This document shows positions 10,986 to 22,153 of a DNA stretch of 64,000 nucleotides, in pieces. The DNA lies in the NCBI GenBank assembly GCA_020184695.1, contig JAANOX010000252.1, forward strand, positions 1 through 64,000, in the 5' to 3' direction. Position numbers and translations under genes: made by a program. The notes beneath the pieces are model-generated. The model saw only the letters and a list, made by a program, of their open reading frames with translations. It did no database searches and was not told the DNA's origin. How positions within the stretch are numbered: the first letter of the stretch is position 1; every line of letters begins with the position of its first letter. The DNA comes from Histomonas meleagridis 2922-C6/04-290x. Its lineage: Eukaryota > Protista > Parabasalia.

Positions 10986-11031
10986 TGAATTAAATAGTTT
11001 TACTAAAACATGTTTCCGACATATGTTTAAT

Positions 11032-11973
11032 TCAGTTTGGGTTCGTGAGTAAAGCTGAGAACTCAAAAAGTGGCTTTTGTGAACCGTTTCTATCGTACTG
11101 AATGCCAGATGTGAAAGTGTTGTCTCCCAGTGAAACAGAGGCAGAGAGACGGAACAAAGAAATGTCTTTGGTACTTAATATAATGTCAACATCTTTATAA
11201 TTAAATGAAACGCCCGTTTTGAAATGATTTTTTTTATGTGAATCAAATTCAAAACCAAAGTTAGCAAACGGAAAACAAGCGCCGAATTTACTTGAAAATG
11301 CATGTTTTGAGGGGTCATAAAGGGCTCCAAGTTCAAAAATAGAATATTTTGATGTTGTGGCTAATTGAAATGATTTAATTTTCTTATCAAAAATGTCAAT
11401 TTTCCCGAAAAATTCTGTGGGAATTTTATCCCTTAATTGATGTTTAGTATTAACTTGAAATATTACAGATTGAGGTTGAAAAGATGAAATAATATTAAAT
11501 TTAGGATTGTTAATACTTATAGTAATAGAACAAAGAGGACCTATGATGCCTATTGTTTCAAAAGATGTTGCTTTATATTTAAACGGGTGAGAAATTTTTG
11601 TGGAGATGGAATATGATTGTTTTGTTTTGATCCCATTAAAAACAATCAAAGAATTTTTATACATCATAGGGACATTTTGTTCAAAAAGCCATAATTTCTC
11701 ATTATTTTGAATTGCAATTGATTGGATTGAAAACGAAGGTTTAAAAGAAATGTTAGGTGTAAATGTAAATTTACTTTCTTCTGGATTTATTGTGAGGATG
11801 GATCTTCCTACTTTATTTACGAAATTTCCATATAACGAAATTAATTCAAATTTTTTATTGGTTTTAATTAGGAATTCTCCTGTTGGTGTAAAATACTTTA
11901 ATGAAACTGAACCTTCCTTGATAAAAGATTCAAGAATTGAACTCTGAATAGACAAGAAAGTGTTCATAAACAA
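11032..11973 (-). CDS. Predicted beta-strand-rich protein; candidate porin/Tom40/VDAC-like barrel
   Basis: 313 aa with alternating hydrophobic/polar strands (FGFEFD, FKTGVSFNY, FRLSASVSLG, FEFSALL) and no TM helix. Confidence 0.45.
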   Translation of the reverse strand: MFMNTFLSIQSSILESFIKEGSVSLKYFTPTGEFLIKTNKKFELISLYGNFVNKVGRSILTINPEESKFTFTPNISFKPSFSIQSIAIQNNEKLWLFEQNVPMMYKNSLIVFNGIKTKQSYSISTKISHPFKYKATSFETIGIIGPLCSITISINNPKFNIISSFQPQSVIFQVNTKHQLRDKIPTEFFGKIDIFDKKIKSFQLATTSKYSIFELGALYDPSKHAFSSKFGACFPFANFGFEFDSHKKNHFKTGVSFNYKDVDIILSTKDISLFRLSASVSLGDNTFTSGIQYDRNGSQKPLFEFSALLTNPN

Positions 11974-12053
11974 GGACCAAAATAAATGGCCATTTTTAGG
12001 AAAAATATAAAACGATTAAAATCAATTGTAAAAGTGGAATCGGCTTAAATTCA

Positions 12054-13571
12054 ATGTGCTTCAGCATTCCATGTTTTCCAAATGACGTGGAAAAGCTATA
12101 TTCTCTAATACAAGAAGAAATCAATGAACTTGATGAACTCAACAAAAAGATTTCCCTTCTAAAAGAACCTGAATTAAAACTACCAAAATTTTCCATAACT
12201 TCAAATATCAAAGCCAAATCATCAATTTCCCTTCATAACTTCATTGATATGAGAGATGAAGTTGTTGATTATCATTTCCATCCAACTCATCTATATTTTT
12301 TTGTTGGATGTCCAAAGGAGATCTATATTTTTAATGTTCCTACCAGCAATAATCCTACCAATCTTAAATTTCCTCAACCTGAACTTACTTTAAGCAAATT
12401 TATTCCAACTTGTAATAATGATTTAATCACTCTTTTTGATAATAATTCACTTAAACAATATTCCAGAGAGCATAATGTTTGGGTTGATTTGTTAGCCACT
12501 AGCGATCCCATTATTTCACTTCATACATCTGATAATCATTTAATTATTCAATTTCAAAACAAAGCCACTGTTTTCACTCTTGACCGTGGCCAATATAAAG
12601 ACTTTGCATTTACACCTAGTCCTATTATTGATGTTTGTGTACCTAACCGTGCCTGCGTGTCACTTTTCCTTACAGCCGATAGCAATATTTTAACGTACTC
12701 CCTTCGTTCGCGTGAACTTGATTCCACAATTAATGTCAATGATTGCACGCATATTGTCTGTAATTCTCAATGGACGCATTATATCTCATATAGTAATTAC
12801 TCAGCCAGTGTTTTTCTAGCCAAAACCGGCAACAAAATTTATGAGGTTGAAGAACCTATTCGAAGTTTATCCACTGACGGCAATTTATTTTGTATTTTAT
12901 TAGATCAAGACAGCGAAGAAACGATCATTGTTATCTATGATGTTAAACGCCGCTGTGAGATCTCTCGATTACAATATCAGCATCAAAATGTGCAAAGAAT
13001 ACAAATGCGTAAGTCAAGTAACCACAACTATTACATCTTGTTATATGAAGGCGATAACAAATTCACGTTATGGCTATACGTACCTCCAACGTGTGGCTCC
13101 AAGGCGAAACTAAAGCCCACGGGCACATCCACGAGCATCATTCCGAACAACAACGCCAACGCGAATATTAATATGAACATAAACATGAGCAAAAATATCG
13201 AATTACAAAACCAACAGCAAATGCTTCAGCAACAACAGCAACAGCAACAGGCATTGCCTCAGCCATTTTTCCAAAGCTTTTTGATGTTGCCAACATTTAA
13301 CCCGACGCCACCACCGCCGCCGCAACAGGCACAAGTGGTGCGAACAACAAAAAGATTCCAATCGTTCCCGGTAAGAGTACAAGCGCAGCAAATGCCAAGC
13401 TTCACAATTATGCCAGCGCCACTGCAACAGCCGCAGCCATACCAGCTGAGGCCGGTGCAAACAAGAACAGTGAAGTCGTGCGTGGTGAAGCCAGTGCAGA
13501 AGGGACAACAAGTGAATAATAACCCGCAAAGTGGAAATCCGCAATTTTATGGATACCAACAAAACATGTAA
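12054..13571 (+). CDS. Short coiled coil, divergent beta-propeller-like region and Q/P-rich C-terminus
   Basis: 505-aa ORF with repeated short beta-strand patterns and a polyQ/polyP tail. Confidence 0.75.
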   Translation: MCFSIPCFPNDVEKLYSLIQEEINELDELNKKISLLKEPELKLPKFSITSNIKAKSSISLHNFIDMRDEVVDYHFHPTHLYFFVGCPKEIYIFNVPTSNNPTNLKFPQPELTLSKFIPTCNNDLITLFDNNSLKQYSREHNVWVDLLATSDPIISLHTSDNHLIIQFQNKATVFTLDRGQYKDFAFTPSPIIDVCVPNRACVSLFLTADSNILTYSLRSRELDSTINVNDCTHIVCNSQWTHYISYSNYSASVFLAKTGNKIYEVEEPIRSLSTDGNLFCILLDQDSEETIIVIYDVKRRCEISRLQYQHQNVQRIQMRKSSNHNYYILLYEGDNKFTLWLYVPPTCGSKAKLKPTGTSTSIIPNNNANANINMNINMSKNIELQNQQQMLQQQQQQQQALPQPFFQSFLMLPTFNPTPPPPPQQAQVVRTTKRFQSFPVRVQAQQMPSFTIMPAPLQQPQPYQLRPVQTRTVKSCVVKPVQKGQQVNNNPQSGNPQFYGYQQNM

Positions 13572-14025
13572 TGAAAGTGTTTGTAAATCATTTTATGTGT
13601 AATGAATAAAAATATTATATATGAAATATGTATCGTAAGTAAATATGAGAGAATTTGGATCGTAATTTGGATAAATGGTTATGCAAGTGATTGAGGATGG
13701 TAAATGTTGATCAGCGATGACATATCGTTTGCCATTTTTTGTAGATGATGGAAAAAGTGTCTCCCTCGATGTCGATCGTCATATGGTGAATAGTTATTTT
13801 CTACCCTTAGTGGGAGTGACTTTTAAGAATCTAATAAAATGTTTTTGAATATTATTAAAACTTTGTAAAATATAAGAAAGTAGCTAAATTTTAATCAAAT
13901 TTTGAACTAATTAAAAACTTAAAATTAAATCGAGATAAGAGCAAAAGGACTTTGCAGTTTGTGCTGTAATAATAAAACTTTGTATTTATTGTATTTAATA
14001 AAAAGAATTCATGTAAAATTTATTT

Positions 14026-15183
14026 TTAACAATTTGTAATTTCATTACTTAAAATTACTTTCAGCAATTTTTCTATTTTCTCTATATCGCACACAGCAGC
14101 TGTTTCTCTTATAGAGTTCATTCCGATCACTGGAAAACCAATGCCTACAGCTGTTGCTCCCATTTGTTCTGCTTCATCAACTTCATCGACATGTACAACA
14201 TTTACTTTTTCCGAATTTTTCATTGTTAATTCGATAATTTTATTATTTAAATTGTTCTTACAAACATAAAATGGCCCACTTCCCAATGGAGTTTGATCAA
14301 ATTCGACGATTTTGTTTTGATTAAAACATTTTATTGGAACAAAAAACAAATTACGAAAAATATTTTGTTTTGTTCCAATTCGCTTCAAAATCGAATTAAA
14401 ACTATTAACATAATTTGACCCATCATGAATAATAAAGGAAATAAAATTCCCTTGAGATGGTTTTGTCCCAATAAATTGCTTAAGCCCAATAATGGTTGGA
14501 ACAGACGAGCTGAGCCGTTGACCGTTAAGGAATTCGTTATTAATTCCAACCGTTGAACACTTTTGATGCGAAACCATAAACAAATCGAAATCAACAATGT
14601 CCTGCACATTACACTCGCATTCTTTTGAAATGATTTTCATCAAAGAAGGCGAGTGATTTGAATCCAAGGGAAATGATTCAATTATATGTGGATTGATGAT
14701 GGCATTGAAGTGTTCCTTAAGATTATAATTACAATCACGAGAAAGTAAATGTATAGCTAGTGATGGAATTGACGCTACAGGTGAGGAACAATGAATTAAT
14801 TTGGATTTTGTTTTTCCATCCTTTTTGAAAAAAACTTTACCTGAAATTGTTAAATCTCTGTCAAGCCAAGAAGACCATAGACCTTGGCCATGTGGAATCA
14901 AGTTAAGTTGTTCATAATTATTTTGAACTATGAGTGAATGAGGCTTTATTTCAAACCCTGGTGAATCACCATTTACAGTAATAACAATACCTTTGTTTAA
15001 ACCTAAAATATTAAATGCAATGATTTTGTTTGAAATAATAACAAAAAATTTATTTGGTATTGTTGTCCATTCAATTTTTTCATCTAACTCAGTATATCCG
15101 GAATCTTTGAGTAATTTCTTTGATTGCTCAATGCAATGTAATATTGTAGGAGTTTGATTGACAAATGATTTTGTTTCTTCCAT
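14026..15183 (-). CDS. Peptidase M18 (aspartyl aminopeptidase) homologue lacking the metal ligands
   Basis: Motifs SWLDRDLTISGKV, IPSLAIHL, VDFDLF and GMNSIRE. The likely start is MEETKSF at 15183. Confidence 0.85.
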   Translation of the reverse strand: MEETKSFVNQTPTILHCIEQSKKLLKDSGYTELDEKIEWTTIPNKFFVIISNKIIAFNILGLNKGIVITVNGDSPGFEIKPHSLIVQNNYEQLNLIPHGQGLWSSWLDRDLTISGKVFFKKDGKTKSKLIHCSSPVASIPSLAIHLLSRDCNYNLKEHFNAIINPHIIESFPLDSNHSPSLMKIISKECECNVQDIVDFDLFMVSHQKCSTVGINNEFLNGQRLSSSVPTIIGLKQFIGTKPSQGNFISFIIHDGSNYVNSFNSILKRIGTKQNIFRNLFFVPIKCFNQNKIVEFDQTPLGSGPFYVCKNNLNNKIIELTMKNSEKVNVVHVDEVDEAEQMGATAVGIGFPVIGMNSIRETAAVCDIEKIEKLLKVILSNEITNC

Positions 15184-15311
15184 TTTACTTGGGGTGCTCC
15201 AAAGGGTAAAAGGGTAATAATAAACGGTTATTTCGACCACATAATATTTACGTTTTATTTGAAAAGTGAATCTAATTCAATTTACTAACGGTTAGATGGA
15301 CCAAAACAAAA

Positions 15312-16106
15312 ATGAGTAATTGCTCTGTTACATTAGATGAAGTTATTGAAATTCGTGATCGCTTAAAGTCTTTCATCGACGGAAATAAAGTTGATTCGAA
15401 TTCCGATTTAGTTTTGGCAGATTTAGATACATTAAAAAATTTTCAATTTGATCAAAGGTCTCTAGGTTCAACAAAAATTGCAGGTGTTATTTCCCAATTA
15501 AAAACTAAACCTAAAAACGCGAATGTTAAAAAACAAGCAGCTGAACTTTTCGAAATTCTCAAAAGTTCATTAACTGCTCGTGCGCCATCCCCAAAGCCAT
15601 CTGCATCTGAAGTTCCTGAATCCACTCGTAAGCAAGTTCGTATTAGACTTCAAGAAAGACTTCAAGCCAAAATTGATTCAAATCACATTACACCAAAGAT
15701 ACCACTTGATCAAGTTGTCAAAGAACTTGAAGAAGCATTTGCTCAAGACCCCAACTATAACAACAAAGTTTCAGACTTCTTAAAAGTTCTCAGAGCGGAA
15801 AACAAAAATGAGTTAATGATTGCAGAAAGACTATTATCTGGAGAACTTAAACCCGAAGTTGTAGCACGATTTACATCTGATGATTATATGACAGCTGCTG
15901 AGAGAGAGCATAAGGAACAATTACGAGTCGAAGCAATTAATGAGATTACTGTTTTCAAACCGCCCGCAACAAAAAGCGAATTCTTCCAATGCAGAAGGTG
16001 CAAGTCAAGAAATATTAGCTTTTACCAACTGCAGACAAGAAGCGCTGATGAGCCAATGACCAATTTTTGTACTTGCGGTGATTGTGGTAACACATGGAAA
16101 GAGTAA
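15312..16106 (+). CDS. TFIIS: Transcription elongation factor S-II
   Basis: C-terminal zinc ribbon CRRCKSRNISFYQLQTRSADEPMTNFCTCGDCGNTWK, plus an N-terminal TFIIS-like domain. Confidence 0.95.
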   Translation: MSNCSVTLDEVIEIRDRLKSFIDGNKVDSNSDLVLADLDTLKNFQFDQRSLGSTKIAGVISQLKTKPKNANVKKQAAELFEILKSSLTARAPSPKPSASEVPESTRKQVRIRLQERLQAKIDSNHITPKIPLDQVVKELEEAFAQDPNYNNKVSDFLKVLRAENKNELMIAERLLSGELKPEVVARFTSDDYMTAAEREHKEQLRVEAINEITVFKPPATKSEFFQCRRCKSRNISFYQLQTRSADEPMTNFCTCGDCGNTWKE

Positions 16107-16480
16107 AACAAATACTGTTTGGCAAAACTAATCAATAAACATCTTGAACAATGTTTATTTCTGTTATAATATGTTCGGTATTTATAATAATAGAAATTAC
16201 AGTTGTAATTTGTATTTTTATTAATTTTGATAATTTAAATATTAAATTTATGTTAGAAAATATATCAGAAAATAAGAATGCCAATGGTATTTCTTTGGTT
16301 TGTTTTAGTGATTTATTGTTCATTCTTTAGGTGTGATAATGTTTTAATATAGTTATTTATGATAATATTAATTGAAATATTGAAACAAAATATTTCTAAG
16401 ATTTTGATATATAGATGTATATATTATGAGTTCAACTATTATGCATTTTTCATAAAAAAATTGTTTTCATTATGTATTGT

Positions 16481-17683
16481 TTAGTTCATTGAGTAATTAT
16501 CGAAATATCCTTGAATTAAAACGATTGGCGTGCCTTTATCGCCACTTCCTGTTGTAAGGTCACATAATGATCCAAGGAGGTCAGTTAATCTACGTGGGGT
16601 TGTACCCATTGATGTCATGGAGTTCTTTAAATCGGAATCTTTGTTTGAAATATATTTTTGAATTGCTTCCTTTAATTCATCGCCCTTCAATTCTCCAAAA
16701 TCATTATCAGCAATATACTTTAATTTAATTTCATTTGGCGTTCCAATTAAACCTGAAGTATGAGCTGGTGAAACAATCGGATCTGCAAGTTCCCATATTT
16801 TCCCAACGGGATCTTTAAAGGCCCCGTCACCATATATCATAACTTCAATATTTTTTCCAGTTCTTTCGCGAAGTTTTTCATATACTTTATGAACAAATTC
16901 ATTACATTCTCTTGGGAACAATTTAATTTTAGTTTCAGTAGATTTGTTTGAACCAAGAACACCATATTCGGGATTATATCCACTTCCATTAATTGAATGA
17001 TTTAATATATCATCAAGTCCATAAATAATTTCAGCTCCTTTTGCTTTCAATAATCTCTTTGTTCTTTGGCGTGTATGAATATCACAACAAAGAACATTTT
17101 TGGTTTTTGTTAATATTGTTTTAATTTGGTTTGATAATATGATCTCAATTTCACAATTCATTTCTTTTGCAATTTGCTTATAATATGAAATATAATCAAC
17201 ACCAGTAAATGGATGATATATAACCCCAAATAATTCACGAAATTGTTCTTCAGTAAGTGCATCACTATATGGATTTATTTGTTTTTCATCTAGTAAATCA
17301 ATAGGAACAAGTTCATTTCCAACTTCATCTGATGGATAACTAAGCATTAAGTAAACTTTTTTAGCTCCTTTAAGAATTCCTTTAAAAATGATTGAAAACC
17401 GATTTCTTGATAAAATTGGAAAAACAACTCCGAATTCACCAGTTGGGAATTTGGATTTAATATCTTCAGCAATATCATCGATTGTTGCATAATTACCTTG
17501 CGCTTTTGCAACAACTGCTTCAGTGATTGCTACAACATCACGATTATTAAATTTAATGTTTTCACTTTTCGCACAAGAAAGAACTGAATCAACAACAATT
17601 TCAGAAAGATCATCACCTTGGCGAATTATTGGTGCACGAATACCACGAACAACAGTTCCAACAGTTCTTTGAGAAGAGTTCAT
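16481..17683 (-). CDS. F420-0:gamma-glutamyl ligase (CofE)-family protein of Firmicutes type; probable lateral transfer
   Basis: Motifs GTVVRGIRAPIIRQGDDL, DVVAITEAVVAKAQGN, YGDGAFKDPVGKIWELADP and GSLCDLTTGSGDKGTPIVLIQGYFD. Confidence 0.85.
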   Translation of the reverse strand: MNSSQRTVGTVVRGIRAPIIRQGDDLSEIVVDSVLSCAKSENIKFNNRDVVAITEAVVAKAQGNYATIDDIAEDIKSKFPTGEFGVVFPILSRNRFSIIFKGILKGAKKVYLMLSYPSDEVGNELVPIDLLDEKQINPYSDALTEEQFRELFGVIYHPFTGVDYISYYKQIAKEMNCEIEIILSNQIKTILTKTKNVLCCDIHTRQRTKRLLKAKGAEIIYGLDDILNHSINGSGYNPEYGVLGSNKSTETKIKLFPRECNEFVHKVYEKLRERTGKNIEVMIYGDGAFKDPVGKIWELADPIVSPAHTSGLIGTPNEIKLKYIADNDFGELKGDELKEAIQKYISNKDSDLKNSMTSMGTTPRRLTDLLGSLCDLTTGSGDKGTPIVLIQGYFDNYSMN

Positions 17684-17688
17684 AAGAA

Positions 17689-17699
17689 AAATGAAGTGA
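17689..17699 (-). promoter_or_regulatory. Trichomonad-type initiator (TCAYTW), two overlapping copies
   Basis: The minus strand reads TCACTTCATTTTTCTTATG immediately before the CofE-like ATG. Confidence 0.55.
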
Positions 17700-18352
17700 T
17701 CATTAAAGAAAAATTATAGATATTTTATTTCAATAGAGAAATTGAATGTGTTAACTTGTAATTCAAAATTGCACAATTTTTTCCTCAAAAAGTTGATATT
17801 TATTTGGTTGTGATCTAAAATCGGTTTGCAAAAAAGGTACAACTATCAATGGCACAATTTTCTTTTCAAAAAGTTTTAAGTGTTTTTGTGAGTTTACCGC
17901 TTTTTTTAGTGAAGCTGGAATTTGATAATACTTGGAACAAATGTCTAAAAAAGATTTTTGACTTTTACTGAGAAAAAAATCAGTTAGTACATATTTTGCG
18001 TAAATAGATTCTTTTTGGGTATACCCGGTATATACTGAATATTATTTGGATGAAAGCATGATAAATAAGTTTAAGTTTGAATTTTGTAATTCATTTGACA
18101 TAACAGTAGCAAATCTCCCTTTATCAATGATATTAATATTATGAGTTTCATATAAAAATAATAAGAAGATACAGTGAAATTTAAAGTTGGTGATTGAAGT
18201 ACACAAATATTCTTTTTATGTGAAGATGAATATATACATATCTTGTATTTAAAATGCATTATATTAAGATAACAAATCATCCATCTTCTTGTCTATAAAT
18301 ATCACCACATTTATTACTTTTTTAATAACATATTTTTATGAAATATAAGAAT

Positions 18353-20280
18353 TTAGTAATCTATTTCATCAAAGACTTCAATATACACTTCTTCTTCCTC
18401 ATCATTCTTTTGTTTTTGATCAAGAATTTCCTTAATTTCTTTGTGAACATTTGAAGTTGCTACATCAAGTGCAGTGCCGAATAATTTTTATGTTTTCCAA
18501 AAATTAATTAGATATCCAAAAACATAAAAATAAATATGTTTTGCATAAATATCGATTCCTTTTTATTCAATGAGTAGCTTTACTATTTCTGTATAGCCAA
18601 AATCAGACCGTCTTTCAGACGCATAAATAAGTACATAAATATTTTAAATAATTTCCATATATTGTTTTGATATTTTAGATGAACGAAAAAAACATCAAAT
18701 AAAACAAATAAATATCTTTAGCATTAATATCAATTCCTTTTTGTTCAAGAAGTAATTTAACTGTTTCTGTATAACCTTCTGAAGATGCTCTAATAAGTGC
18801 TGTATAAAATAATTTAAATAATTTCCAAATATTATTTTGAAATATCAAATTATCAAAATAAAGCACAAATTAAACAAATAAATATCTTTAGCATTAATAT
18901 CAATTCCTTCTTGTTCAAGAAGTAATTTTACTGTTTCTGTATGACCATTTTTTGATGCTAACATAAGTGCTGTTTTAAATAATTTAAATAATTTCCAAAT
19001 ATTATTTTGAAATAAAAAATTATTAAAATAAATTTTATCTTTAGCATTAATAAGAAATTCCAAAGAAAATACACAATCATAAATAAAAGTTATAAACCTT
19101 CTTTATACTTAAACTTAATATATTTATTGATTCTAAGGTAATTAAAAAGTTCTTCGTTACCTGAAAATGTTAAAATTTCGTAAACATAAGTTTTAACAGG
19201 CATCTTTTGAAGTAAGTGTTTTAAAAGTAATAAATTACCTGTTTGAATTGCCGTGATAAACATTTATTTATTGATTTCCATTCCTTCACTTTCTAAAAAT
19301 GAGAAAATCTCAAAATTATTATGCGATATACATAAATCACCTAATAATGTTAAATCTTTTATATAAATGAGTTTATTTTCATAAAGATAAATAAATACAT
19401 CATTCCGATGAAGCATTATTAATAAATCATATGAATCATCAAAACTTAAATGATTTTGTTCACATAAATGTATCATTTCTAAGTTACCACCAGCAGCTGC
19501 ATATTTACCTGTTTTTGCATGATTACAATAACAATTTAATAATAAATATCTAAAACATTTAATTGATCCAAAAAATACTGCATAATCAATTAATGAAACA
19601 TCTTCTTTATTAATAAAATCACATCTCTCATAAAGTGATGGTTCAATGAATTGATTAAAATCAAAATCATTTTGTGATGATATTTCTTGAAGTTCTTCTA
19701 TTTCATCATTTCGAATTATTTTTGCAATTTCATTTGGATTTACTCCTTCTTTAATAAGTTTCTTATGAAGTTCAATCATTCTTTGATAGTTCTTCATAAT
19801 TTTCTGATATCAGAGAATAATCTGAATCACACAAATCATTTTCATCAATCAGATATACAAAATATGGTAATTTCTTGAATTTGAGTTTGTCCGAACTAAT
19901 CATTTTGTTTTCAAGCATTTTTTCTAGAAGATAACTTGACCCTTGAGTTTTTATATTAATAATAAGAAGATCTATAAAGATATCAATCATTGATTTTTTA
20001 TTTGAATCATTCAGAATTTCTCTTTCTTTTGAACCATTTTTAAATATTCAAAACATAATTTGTAATTGTCATTTGATACAAAATATGAATATATAAATCT
20101 GCATAAAGCTAAATTATATGAATATGAATATTCTTTGGAAAAATAAGTCATGAAAGAACATACTGATTCATCAATATTTTTTTCATTTAATTCAAATACA
20201 CTTTGTTCAATAGACTGTAACGCTTCTAGGTTTTCATCACTATTGTCTTTAATTTTTCTTCTGTTTCGAAAATGTTTCAT
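18353..20280 (-). pseudogene. DUF3447-type/ankyrin-repeat gene (locus 1) with four spacer cassettes; carries frameshifts and nonsense codons
   Basis: N-terminal IRNDEIEELQ...SLIDYAVFFGSIKCF domain is split over three ORFs. In-frame TAA codons occur in coding blocks. Cassettes lie at 18974-19036, 18804-18883, 18634-18713 and 18476-18535. Confidence 0.8.
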
Positions 20281-20535
20281 TTGATATCAAATTCAGAATG
20301 CCACTTTTCACATAAATTTATCAATAATTTTATAAATTGTTAAATTTTTCAAAATGAAAACAAAGGCACATTAAGACATTCTCTGGTTCCTACAGACTCG
20401 AAAGTTTTACGTTTTTTATATCAAACAAAAAAATATCAAAAGAAAGCAAAGAAAAATATATATAACCGCTATTGAAGATTAAAACGAACTGAAAAAACAT
20501 ACTTTTACGGTTATTAGCATGAAAAAGTGGATTAT

Positions 20536-22153
20536 TTATTCCAAACCTTTAAGCTGTTGGTTCAGGAAATTTTGATCTTGCAAATCTCTTGCCACAGCTG
20601 AAATTGATGCGTACATTGGCTGGCTTCCAGGTACCTTGTAACCCTTCACCATTGGCAACGCAGCCCAATTTCCATCATCTAATCTCATCAGCACACAGAA
20701 GTTAACAGCTGATCCTGATCCCTTTTGTCTTGCTTCTATTCTAAACAGTTCTATTTTTGCCTCTTCGCAATGTATCTGTAAGAATCCTCCTCTTAAGAAG
20801 TCAAAGTAACCACTTTCTGCTACAGACACGTAAATGTTCAAAAATTTAACTTCGTTTGGCAACGAACTTAAATCAATTCTTGATATAATAGTACCAAGGC
20901 TGAAGTCCCAATGCTTTGTTTGATTTCTAAAATTCCAATGCAGTGCATTATTAAATACTGATGGCTTATGATGGTTAGCATATCCGATTACGTTAAATTT
21001 ACTATCGATAGCGCCAATTCCGATATCGAGATCTTTTATAGAAAATGGAGGCAAGTCATAATATCCATAAACTAATAATGACTTTGGCATTTGTTGCATT
21101 TGAAAGAAATTGCAAAGATAACGAAATGTCCTTGGCTTTCCTTGTTCTAAATAATATCGTACGAAAGGAGTTGCTTTGATGCATGACTGTGGAGTAACAA
21201 TGTCTCCTTTAATCGCATAATAAAATTGTTGCGGAAGTTGGAATTGTGATAACGCATATGAATTGGTGAGTTTAACATAGCAAGCAGCCTGGAGGTGCTT
21301 TGTTAAGTGGATGCTCCGTTTTATCACTAATGTGTAATAAATATGACCCGCTTATTGTGTCTTTTCCTTGGAAAGAAATGGCGTCTTGGAAATATACAAT
21401 TGGTTCAAGTGATAAATCTTGTGATGTTCCAATACAATTCAAAATTACAACCCCTTGGTAGTTATCAGTGACTTCAATAAGTGGAACATATATTAAGAAA
21501 TCAGGCGTAGGACCTTTTTTAATCTTCCAGCGATTGATTGAGGCTAATGGAGTCCAACCAGTAGGGAAAAATTGTGTAGCGTGATGGTAAACTTTGATTC
21601 CATTGTCATCAAGCGGTGCTGGTTGAACTCGACAACAACCCCCATTACGTAAATCTAAAGTCAAAAATGAAATGTTTGTATTACGTCGACCTGGATTTAA
21701 TGGTGGATTAAATTCAAGATAGAAAACAAGTCGGTCGCCATATAATGATGGATCGTGTTGATTAGTAATATGAATACGCCTTATTTGAACTTCAATCGTG
21801 GGTTCACCTTTGGTTTTAAGTTTGGTATCAAGTTTATACTTAACGGTACGATCAAAAACTATTTCGTTTGTTGAAAAATCAAGTTTAACATTTCCAAGAT
21901 AATCATCAGATCCAATCATATCATAATCATAAACTTTGATATTAATATATTTAAGAAATGTTGTGTTGACTGCATATGGAATTTTGAGTTCTTGATCCCA
22001 TACAGGATTTAATGTTTTCTTTATAATTTTTGTTTTTGCAATTCTGATGTCTTTTCCACCACAACGAGCTTCGATGATACAATATGGATCAGACTTACCA
22101 TTGATATCACCAGCAGGTAAATTTGAACCACGGACAATGTAAATATGGAACAT
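20536..22153 (-). CDS. C2-domain plus TerD-like protein; probably one gene with a +1 homopolymer frameshift near 21320
   Basis: N-terminal C2 domain (IVRGSNLPAGDINGKSDPY...VYDYDMIGSDDYLG). The C-terminal ORF has TerD-like DLDIG...IDLSSLPNEVKFL. Deleting one A in GATAAAACGG joins the two frames. Confidence 0.7.

Noticed and set aside
15580-16323. Short ORFs 15580-15783 and 16132-16323, and similar 60-100-aa track ORFs
   Set aside because: Alternate-frame or AT-rich chance ORFs with no motifs.
18800-18885. The cassette as one AT-AG or AT-AC intron (G|ATATTT...TATACAG|CA)
   Set aside because: It would delete the D-x-x-G-x-T loop. The AG comes from ACA GCA codons and is absent where the block starts TPL, SAI, ILL or FPI. 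The 17+3 parsing explains all cassettes.
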